Origin: Eledone cirrhosa
Taxonomy: Eukaryota
Direction: 5' to 3'
Length of the DNA: 64,000 nt
NCBI GenBank assembly: GCA_964016885.1
Contig: OZ024742.1
Location: 43,462,001 to 43,526,000, forward strand
The notes beneath the pieces are model-generated. The model saw only the letters and a program-made list of their open reading frames with translations. It did not search any database and was not told the origin of the DNA. The first letter of the stretch is position 1; each line of letters opens with the position of its first letter. Positions 53,849-64,000 of the stretch are shown piece after piece. A program made the translations under genes and the position numbers.

Positions 53849-54149
53849 CTAAATTTGTTAATCCAATTTTTTATTCATTCAATATTTTGAAATATATACA
53901 TTTTCCAAAAAAAAAAAAAACGTTTGTAATGTGTGTGTATGTCTAGGTATGGCTGTGCTTCACAACCACTTGATTTTGGGTTCTAGCTCACAGCTATTCA
54001 CCTTGGGTATATCTCTTCTATTATAGCCTCATGATGTCCATTGCCTTGAGGGGGAAATTTGGTAAACGGAAAATACACAAGCCTGTCATGTGTAGATATA
54101 TGTGTGTGCATGTCTATGCATGTGTACGTTCGACACGTATACATATATC

Positions 54150-55070
54150 ATCACCACCACCGATTAACGTCCATTTTTCAATGCTGGCATGGGTTAAATG
54201 AGTTGCCCTGTTGCGAGAAATGCCAGGCCAGGTGACCATGTCCTGCCCATACAGAACTGATTTGGGTTTGGTTTCTACAGCTGGATGCCCATCCTAATGA
54301 CAACCACATTTACAGTGAGTACTGGGTGCTTTTTGTCGTGACACCTATACAAAGACTTTGCAGTGTGGGCTGGGTGTTTTTTGTCGTGATAGCTATATGA
54401 CCACTTTACAGAGTGGGCTGGGTGTTTTTTATTGTGTTGCCATCACAACCACTAAACATGTATGTATATGTGTGTTTATGTCCTGTAATTTAGCAGTTCA
54501 ACGAAAGGATGAAAAGAAAAATTAACTTCTATGGGATTTAAACAGAGTGTGGACAAATGCCACACGTCATTTTGTCAAAAGTTCTAACTCTGGTAGTTTG
54601 TCATTTTTGGTTATGTCCCTTTACAATTCTAGCCATGCTCATTTTTTTTGTATATCTATGACTGCACTGTATAATTTCTTGTGTGTTTTTAAGGGAGATT
54701 TGATTGCTATCTCAAGCAGGCTGAGATAGCTGCATAAAGACCCCCTTCTGAGCTCAGTAAAATATCAGATTCAACTAACTGATCTCCCACAATGCCGTTG
54801 CCATAATAAAAAGCACAAAGCCCACCCTGTATGCTGATCCAATGCCACAGCAAAAGCACCTAGTCCACCCTGTAAGGTGGTTTTGTTTCAGTGCCACAAT
54901 AAAAAGCACCCAGGCCACAGTCACGTGGTTGGCATCCAGCCATAGAAACCAAACCAAAATATAGACCTGTGTGAGCAAAACGTGATCTCCGGACCTGACT
55001 TGTCTCATTATGTGACAACCCACCTCACCCATGCAAGCATGGAAAATGGATGCTAAACAATGATGATGAT
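54150..55070. mobile_element. Two RTE-tail SINE remnants in opposite orientation (54150-54460 on -, 54800-55070 on +)
   Basis: GGCATCCAGC..TAGAAACCAAACC and CCCATGC(C/A)AGCAT(G/T)GAAAA motifs, with internal ~45-bp repeats. Confidence 0.65.
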
Positions 55071-56631
55071 ATAACAGTCAATCCTCCAACTATCCATCCC
55101 ACAAAATGTGGCTGTCTCTCCCTCGTCAATTGAAACAAGGAATTTTAGATAAGCTAATTGATATTATCATTATTACTATTTTTACAGTATTTATTAATTT
55201 CATTTATCACTATCTGTTATTAACTACAAGCTTATCTTTTACAAACATATCTACCCACTCTTATGCCCAGTTCCACCTTTCTTTAAGCTCTACTAGTGAA
55301 GCAGTATCTGCTCTCTGTTGACCCTACTGGGCAAACACATCCAGTCAACAGTATGAGAATCACCACATGACTATCATTACAAGTATGACCAACTGCCAGT
55401 ACTTTAATTCCCATAATTCCACATGTCTAACCCTTTCATTACTGTATTTTTAATGAAATACTTAATGAGAAGGATTTACTAAAATTATAATTTCATTAAG
55501 ATGGCATTTTTAACATAATTAAATATTATCATAAAATTTTGTTGGAAAGTTTTAATTCAAGTAGGACCTCTTTAAAATAGGTGGTTTTGTTTCATAGAAA
55601 CAAGTTATTTGGGAAGGGCTGGTATCAAAAGGGTTAATCTCTCCACTTGAAACCCACTAGCCTACCATACACTGAGCAACCTAAAATTATGGGGAGCTTG
55701 GCTCTTTAGCCAACAAAACAAGTCTACTGTAAACTACCCTTCCACTAAACTATACACCCAAACAAACCCATCAAATTACAGTAAGCTTTCTCCTCCTAAC
55801 TCTTCACTGAGTAATATTATGGAGGGATAGTAAGGGCAACCTGGCTAACAGAGTAGTTAACTGAATAAAATTGTGCACATGGGTTATGGGAACTACACAG
55901 ACAATGAGAACTGAAAATCTATATGAAACTGTATGGAGAAATACAAGCCATAGTGAGGGTAACTTAACTACAAGAATAGTAACAATGAAATACTGCATGA
56001 GATAGATGGGAACACCCCATAGACTAGGAGAGTAGAAGCTCTGAAAAATATTGAGTATGGAGAAGATGTGGCCTCTGCAAGCCTAAGTGAAGGCAACCTG
56101 TGTAGAAGAACAGTAACTGAATAACACCTGACACAATGGAGAGTGGAATTATTAGTCATGACCAACAACCATTTGCATACTGTTGGCATGATAAATACAT
56201 GCAAAGTGATAGGAAAGGAATCAATACTAAAAATTATCCAATATGGTTTCTTAAGGTGGTAGGGTGTGATAGGGAAAAAATATTGCTCCATTTTCCACAC
56301 AACTATGTAGAGGTTCTTCTATTGACACACACACATACATATACCAAAGTATTACCTGTCATATGAGTTGGTAAATAAACAAAAAATGTATAGGCGTGTA
56401 TATATAATTAAGGATGGTTTTCTGAAAAGAAAAGGGGGGGGGGTCAGAAAGAAACCACAGTTAAAGTACTCAATATGTTGGAGAAGAAGTATATTTATTT
56501 TGATATAGAAATGATTACAGGACCAAAACTATTTCAATTGCATCACTTAAACAACGTATGTATCTATAGCGGCAGTCGACTGATGAGATATGACTGTCTG
56601 ATTCATTCATTTATAAATATACATACACACA

Positions 56632-56846
56632 CACGGTGTCCCCCAAAATGTGTACATACATCAATAGCATTCTATTAACTGAATGAAATACAACCACTTG
56701 CATACTGTTGGTATGATAAATACATACTCTCCACTGAGTAATATTATGGCGCGATAGTAAGGGCAACCTGGCTAACAGAGTAGTTAACTGAATAAAATTG
56801 CCTGTACAGGTAATCAAAGTGTGTATACATTTTTGGGGACACCCTG
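56632..56846. mobile_element. Tc1/mariner-type MITE
   Basis: 28-bp TIRs CA(C/G)GGTGTCCCC(C/A)AAAATGT(G/A)TACA(T/C)AC with 4 mismatches, in a TA/CA-rich context. Confidence 0.8.
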
Positions 56847-57298
56847 AATGTATATATATATATATGTGTGTATACATTTATTGTGCATGTATCTGACTAA
56901 AATATATTACAAAAAGCAATAATTTGAAAAAAATAAAATGTATATTTTTATACATAATACATTTATAAAAAAGAATGAAGCAAACCTAACTTCATACAAA
57001 AACTATAAACAGAAGATCATTACTTGTGCATGTGCAAGCACGATTTAAGCATTTCTTTTATTTCACTACTTTCTTGGCCTGTCACACCAGTCAGTAAGTA
57101 TACTCTTTCAAACTGTCTCTTAATTTTCTCTCTCTCTAGGGAAAAGCAGATGTATGATGATTATATATATATATAGCCAGAATCAGTTCCCATCCCACCC
57201 TTGCAAGCAGGGAAAAGCGGACGTAAAATGATGATGATGATGATATATATATTAAAGTAGGATCGAAGTCACTGTTGCAGCACATACAAACTTTATTG

Positions 57299-57373
57299 GC
57301 ATATTACAATCGTTTCAATATGGACCAGCTCAGAGTACAATCATAATGATTGAGACCAACTCATCAGATATGC
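57299..57373 (-). ncRNA. Candidate type I hammerhead ribozyme (orphan)
   Basis: GCAUAU-CUGAUGA-[~44 nt]-GAAAC-GAUU-GUA-AUAUGC: complete core, perfect 6-bp stem I and minimal stem III. Stem II pairs poorly. Confidence 0.55.
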
Positions 57374-60211
57374 AAATTTATATGTGTGTGTGTGTGTTCG
57401 AACTACCTACATGTCTAAAGATATATGCTATGTTTAATAAATAAATATTCTGAAAGCCCAGCTAATAAATATTTAAAGGTTGACAGCCAGCACCATCTAG
57501 CAGATTCAAGAAGCAATGGAGAACAACTGTCTATGTGGTTTTCAAGCTCTGGCTATCTTCAGGACAGTGCTTCCCATGCTCTCTGCTGGAACTTAAAACA
57601 GGCAAAAATATATAGTTTTTTCGCCTGTGTAAGTGTGCTGATTAGCCACATTTGCATATGGAGCTGTGTAAGTTGGCTCAAATTTAAAGAATTAAAATTT
57701 AGCTCCGACATAGCTGCATACATACAATTTTGTGAATTGAACGGGACATTAGATACACACACATGTATATAATCACGAATGGTTGTGGAGTAGTAGAACA
57801 TTAGGCCAAATATCTACACCATTTTTCTTTAAACTCCTAGTTCTTAATCCCAGACAGTCAAATGCAATCCAAACATTTCAATATTTAGGACATTAGCTGA
57901 TGTGTCCCTTTTCAAAGACAGTAGGTTGAAATTTAAGGGAATCTGGCTGCTAAGTACATTACTAGAAATCCCATACATTATAAATAACAGAGATAATGTA
58001 AAAAAATTACGCCACACCCCCACCATTATTTGGGACCTGAGTATATTCAAGAGAAAGGAGCAATGGCACCCTCAAATCAATTGACAGCCAGTATGTATCA
58101 TCATCATTTAATATGTGCTTTCCCAGCTAGCAAGGGTTGGACATTAGAAATATAGTAACAAAAAGGTCAACACTACAAATTCCTCAGACATTTCTAGTAT
58201 GAACAAAATATGTAATCAGTTAGGTATCTACTCATCCAAAATAAACACTAATATACTATTAATATACATCTTTCTATTCACGAAGTTATAACAGTGAGAA
58301 CACTATCAAAACAGCTGTATTATTACTTAGTTTGCTTCATTTTTGGCATAACTACGTCTTGATACATATTTTGGTGTAGATTACGATCACTCATAGTTTT
58401 TACCGGTTTCAGTCATTAGACTGCAGCCATGCTGGGAAACCACCTTGAAGAGTACCAGAGTACTCTTTTTTTTTTAATCTAGACCCACTAAATCACAAAC
58501 AGTAAACGAAAACACGAACACAGACCCAGTTTCTGTCTACCAAATGTTATTTACAGGACATTGGGTCAACCCATGGCTATAGCAAAAGACAGGTGTCATT
58601 CAGTGGAACTGTACTCGAACCACGCGCTTGTGAAGGTAACTCCTTAGCCATACAACTTCACGAACCTATAATTTGGATGAAAAAAAAATGTTTGTTTTGC
58701 ATACTGTAATGGAAATCTGACAGCCTCGTTGATATTAATTTTGAACATAAAACTGGAAGTTTGTTTACATTGAGTTTAATAACAAAGTTTTCGGTAATAA
58801 AAAATATCAACGAATGTAGACATACAATAATGACAGTATTAAATGTTTCCTCCGTTTTTTTTCCAGGTAATCGTAATAAACTTTCACTTTCGGTGGCAGT
58901 GTGAAGGCATTAAATTGTAATGGCCGTTTTAGATTAAGCTTAATTTTTTTTTAATTAACGTCAATGGAATACATTGCTGTAGTACGTCGTGTCATTGTAC
59001 AAGGCGCTTATTTATTTCCACATTGTTCCAGCTTGCTTAGTTGAAAAAAGTAAAGGTGTACCAGCAGTAGCTAAGAGTTAATTCCCACAACGGACCAGCG
59101 TCCAGTCCGAGGGGGTGGGAGCTTCTTACATGATAAGCCTGTAACCAAAAACACGAGAAACCAGCTAAACTTACATATAAGCTACAGTAAGCTAAAACAC
59201 GTAACTGTAAGCAATACAAAAGATACAGCCATAAATAAGGAAACAATCAGATGAAATATAATAACGCAATAGATCCGGTTTCAGGTAAACTAAAATGCCA
59301 AGGTCAAATCAGATAAGGAGATAATATAGTCTTATGTTGAGTAGGAGAGTAGCAGTAAGTTCAACATTTTGGAAAAAATTCAATATTATTTTATCTTTTC
59401 CTTTTTTATTAAATGAATCGACGTTTTTTCGTTTCTAGTCTCTTAAAGCATCACAAAACCTCGGCAAATTCCGTACACAATATCTAACGCATTTATGAAT
59501 TGCATTAGACATTATTAAACCTAATTTCATTTTACGTTCATTTTCTTTCAGACAATACAATAAAAATGAACGGTATCGAGTGTTTGTGTATGCAAATTTG
59601 GAATGACTTACTAAAAGAAAATTATCGTAATCAATATCAATGATTGATAATATCTGAAAGAAAATTATTGTAATTGATTTAAATGAATGTAAAATGCAAT
59701 TATGTTGGGTGATAGTGTTTAAAACATTTAATAAAATAAATGAACATATTCTGTCGTTCTGTGATACTTAAAATGAAAAACTCTCCCCACTTCTTTTAGA
59801 AAAATGAAGCTACACAACCAAGGTATTACTTATCTTTATACTACTCACACTAAAACAATTTGACGAAGTTTCACTTGTTTTTCTAATTAATTTTTACCAG
59901 CATTAAAAAAGTTACGCCCCCTTGATAGATAACCAATTATAAATCACGGAAATGTTTATTATATAAAATCCCCCCAAAGGCGTTCGCTTTGCTTTTTTTT
60001 TTTGTGTCAATTGATAAATTACAATAAGTATAGTTCAATCATGAAAAAGATGGCTTATAATCAAGGCGTTCCAACTGTAACTACATTATTCAACAGAGGC
60101 GATCAAATAGAAACTGTTGGTTTCGTGAAGAAAAAAAAATTCTTTGACAGAGACTAACTTTTTCTAAAAGTAATTATATTATCGTTTGTCCTGCTTTTCA
60201 CTAACTTTTAT

Positions 60212-60249
<38 letters not shown>

Positions 60250-60374
60250 ATACTTTGGGAGGGTCATGTTGCCAATAAGAAACACATGCACCAGTTGCTT
60301 TCACTTCAATTTATTATAATAAATTTATAAATTTCTGGTTGGTTGGTTCCACAACCAGATAGTTGTTTATATAT

Positions 60375-60419
60375 AGTCATAGTTCTTTCGTCACACACTC
60401 TGTGACCTCTTCAGTGACT
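60375..60419 (-). ncRNA. Minimal type I hammerhead ribozyme of the Penelope-like element
   Basis: AGUCA-CUGAAGA(G)-GUCACA gagug UGUGAC-GAAA-G AA C-UA-UGACU: 5-bp stem I, 6-bp stem II, 2-bp stem III, one extra G after the core. Confidence 0.8.
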
Positions 60420-60619
60420 GGGGATTCCTTTCTTTGTTTCTGTGCCTCTCCTTTGTTCTGTCCTACGCCATTTTGTTTGTGTGTGTGTTGTGTGCTCAGT
60501 CTGCGCATGCGCCACATCCGGGTGTCTGTGTGTGTTTATGTTCATTTATTTATTTGTTTATTTACATGTTACTGGTTGGTTGTTTGTTCTATGTGTGTGT
60601 GTGTGTTTTCATTTTGTCC

Positions 60620-61890
60620 TTAATTGTAAGTTGTGATGTTGCTATTCCACTCATATTTTCTATTTAATTTTGGTTGTAATTCTTTTATGTTTATTGCCTC
60701 TGTAATTTGTCTAAACATTGCGTCTTTTCTGTGTGTAGATTCTATTTTTATTTCTATGTTCTCTAATTTACCCTTGTGTTCTATTTTAGCATGTTGGTAG
60801 AGTACAGATGATTCTTTATTATCTTGAAGGTCTCGCCAGTATTCATTTATCCGTTCCCCTACACTACGGGCTGTCTCACCTATGTACACTATATTTTTGT
60901 CTCTACATTGTCCTTCAGTACATCTTATGCTATACACTACATTTCTAGTTTTACAGTTAATATGGGGGCTTGTTTTACAGGTTATACATTTCTTATCTAT
61001 ACATGAGGGTCTTTGAAAAGGGTATGTCTTGCTAATAAGTGTTTTTACGGAGGTACCTGGTCTTTCTACTATCTTAATATTGAGTTTATGTTTATTTAGG
61101 GCCCTTCTAAATTTGTAAGCTAATTCACCTCTAGGGGTTGTATCGATGAACATTACACTCTGGTATTTATTGCTATCATACCATGAGTTTATTCTATTAG
61201 CCTTGTTCCTAGTTCTTTCTATTCTATTCCAAAATTTGCTCCTATACAAGGGGCAGGTCCCATTTGTGTCATTATTTACCATTTTTTCCCATTTGGTTCT
61301 GGCTCCTCTATACACTCTGATTTTATCTCTCTGATTGTAGCCAGAGAACTGCATACGGTGGATGAAGTGTTGTATGTGTCTCTCTAGTTCTTCGGGGTTG
61401 CACATGCGGGACACATTTCTCATCACCCGTACCAAATCCGCAATCAGTATGTTGATTTTGGTATGGTCCGAAACGGCCGAGTTTCGGCGGATCAGATGTT
61501 TGGAAGTCATGTGTTTGGCATAATGGGAATGGAGGATTTGTTTTTTGTTATTAATGGTATCTAACCAGAGCTCTGTGTCTAGTACAGGTAATCGATAGTT
61601 GGGGTGTTTACTTGGGTAGTCTATAGTAACTCTAATGCTCTGGTGGATGGAGTTTGCTATTTGCTGGATGCTTTCCATTGTGTTTTTCTCTAGTTCCTGA
61701 CTGTTCTCTAGTGGGGGTGTCTTAACTACGATGTTTATATCATCTACGTAGCGGGAGTACATTATCAGGGTTAAGGGGTCTTCTAATTGTTCTTTAAGTT
61801 TAAGTCTACTGTCCCACCATACCATGAATAAGTTAGCTATGTCGCCTGCAATGCTAACACCAATGGCTGCTCCTTCCTCTTGGGCATATG
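60620..61890 (-). CDS. Penelope-like RT / GIY-YIG endonuclease reading frame (N-terminally truncated)
   Basis: The frame extends upstream of the track Met as YAQEEGAAIGVSIAGDIANLFM. Then come RYVDD, LPVLD, the Cys linker CIDKKCITC...C, NVVY.I.C...C..VYIGETARS..ER and RQITEA..I...LN.K.EW. Confidence 0.93.
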
Positions 61891-62054
61891 TATAAATTTA
61901 TTATAATAAATTGAAGTGAAAGCAACTGGTGCGTGTGTTTCTTATTGGCAACACGACCCTCCCAAAGTATAACAATATCGGTTTCAACACACGATTTCAG
62001 ATAAAGAATCTTGCTAAGCAAATTCAGAAACGAAATATATATATATATATATTC

Positions 62055-62430
62055 GTTTTGATGGTCCTCTCAAACTGGTGAAATCGATATGGTTAATTAC
62101 AACTACTGGTCGATAAGGATGAGAGACGCATATCTGTCGAGAAATTAAGGGTTGGATGACGTAATTGGCGCAGAGGCTGAGAAAGAAGACTACGTAACGA
62201 AGGTGCGACATATGATCTAGGGATAGGGTGGGGGATGTTCAGCATCAGCCGTATATGAGGAAGCGAGAAGACATATTTGAGTGACATGACGATGGATGCT
62301 CCATTTAATCGACCGAGAGTCCGACACGAATTAACATGCAAGTAGTTGAGTGAGTAAACCAGACACGTGTACCCATAACGTAATTTCCAAGGAAGGGAAA
62401 TTCAGTGACAGTAATAAAGCTGGCTCTTTG
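62055..62430 (-). mobile_element. Degraded SINE-like interspersed repeat
   Basis: ATTAACATGCAAGTAGTTGAGTGAGTAAACCAGACACGTGTACCCATAACGTAAT resembles 62670-62720 and, in reverse, 52015-52070. Confidence 0.45.
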
Positions 62431-64000
62431 AACTATATGAGACAATCCATCCGACGGGTTTCTTATTTCACTTTGAGGGTCTGGGTCGAACGAGGGCTAT
62501 GATAAAGACACTTGCCCAAATTGCCAAGCAAAGAGATCGAGCCCGAGACCATAATGACTGCGATGCGAACTTTTTATTCATTCAGTTGTGCTTGCGTTTA
62601 TACTATCTAGTGTATGGAAGTCTATGTGAGGGAGATTAGATGTTCGATCAACTGAACTACTTGCTTATTTAATTACCGAGTACGTGGCTGAATATTCCAC
62701 AGACATGTATACCCTCAACACGAACCCCTTCTCGTCCTCTTTATCCTGTGGTAACTATCCAAAAGTAAATATACCCCTATTTTATTTTATTCGAAGATTT
62801 GAGTTTACATCTCAACCAATAATTTTTAAAAATCCAGAATACAACAAAATACCATTTCACTTAACTTATGAACTTAATGATGAACAGATAGCTGTACTAA
62901 ATACAGTCAGTCAATGGGACTCGTACAGAATAAGTTCAAAATGGGGGATAGAAAACTAATTAATATTTTAATAAACAAAATAGGCATGAAATTTTTTCAA
63001 ATCTATATAGTTTTTAATTATAAATAAAAAATATATACAAATCCCAAAACAGTAAATTTACCCCCCAACCACTGTCACAATATACGACAAAGCTAGATCT
63101 GTTTCCTAAGTTTCCGTTTATCATATTCCACAAGGCTAAGGTCGACTCGAGGTTATAAAAAAAGACACTTGTCTAAGACGCTACGCAATTGGATCGAACG
63201 CGAACTTAATCATATATTGCGACGAGAACTTAATCATATATTACATCTTAAATAAATAAAGTATATACTGAACAATGTAGTCACTGATATCCAAAAAGAA
63301 TGGCTAGCCACAGTTGGAATACCTTTTAACATAGACCTACTAATTCTGAGTTAACCTTGTGTTAAACGATGCACCACCACAACCACAAACAAAATAATAA
63401 AAAAAATGAATAAATAATAGTTAACTTTTACAGGAAAATTTTGTGGAACACGAAGAGATAACGATATCACGTATACACCCAATAACGACCTCAAATTACC
63501 AGAGGTCACCTGCAAAATACCGAGTAACCTAACATAAAATATATATTACAGCTACAAGCGTGAGACTAACCAATGTGAATGACTGCATGTTCGGAGGTGT
63601 GTTGTAGCGCTTTATATAATTTAAGTAGTAAGTCTGAATGTTGGAGGACTTTGCCCCCATGACTCTCTCAGGAATAAAAAGAGACCTTAAGTCTCCAACA
63701 TCAACCTGAACTATAGCTAAATACTGCGTGCATATAGTAACATTAGAATCATTTATATTTATAGGATCTACTGACCAGCAGGGTAGATCCTATAATATTT
63801 ACACACTACTTACCTTATGTATGGAGGACTAGGTTACATAATTAACGATAGTATTAGTAAACGAAGAACAGAAAAAGGAATGTGGTCTCAGCAGAGGACA
63901 GAATGAAGACGTTGCCCCGAATAATGGCTCGACTGGTAACCTATCAGAGAGCGATCGATACTTCGACAGTTACATAATGATATTATTGATCGTAAATAGT

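Larger units (their letters stand above)
60243..62036 (-). mobile_element. Penelope-like retroelement (Naiad-like), 5'-truncated, with an inverted terminal repeat, between (TA)n tracts
   Basis: RT plus GIY-YIG ORF, a hammerhead in the 3' region, and an 87-bp inverted repeat (60243-60329 / 61891-61977). (TA)n lies on both sides. Confidence 0.93.

Noticed and set aside
57410-58050. Same-frame minus-strand ORFs suggesting stop read-through or editing
   Set aside because: At least five mixed stops (TAA, TAG, TGA) interrupt the frame and no homologous motif is recognisable.
60330-60620. SECIS element in the Penelope-like 3' UTR
   Set aside because: I could not fold a convincing AUGA/GA kink-turn by eye, and the ORF has no in-frame UGA.
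63637-63701. Short inverted repeat ATGTTGGAG(G)ACTT / AAGTCTCCAACAT
   Set aside because: A ~13-bp stem with a large loop and no other support.

Overview
Eukaryotic, AT-rich animal genomic DNA. The SINE/MITE content resembles that of octopus, but this is an inference. Bases 1-26.4 kb are one 19-bp satellite array with nested higher-order duplications (markers recur at 2,979 and 7,433 bp). The rest is repeat-dense DNA holding two convergent, intron-containing genes that the ORF track does not resolve. The last three exons of a pancreatic-lipase-like gene (PLAT domain) lie on + at 30.5-36.8 kb, and three exons of COX5B lie on - at 46.0-51.2 kb. Mobile DNA includes RTE and CR1-type LINEs, tRNA-derived SINEs, piggyBac/hAT/Tc1-type elements and a 5'-truncated Penelope-like (Naiad-like) retroelement. 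That element carries a minimal hammerhead ribozyme and an inverted terminal repeat. A second, orphan hammerhead-like motif and a strand-biased long hairpin lie upstream of the mapped COX5B exons. I found no prokaryotic-type systems (CRISPR, operons) and nothing I can call a proven new system. Exon boundaries were counted by hand; most repeat boundaries are approximate.
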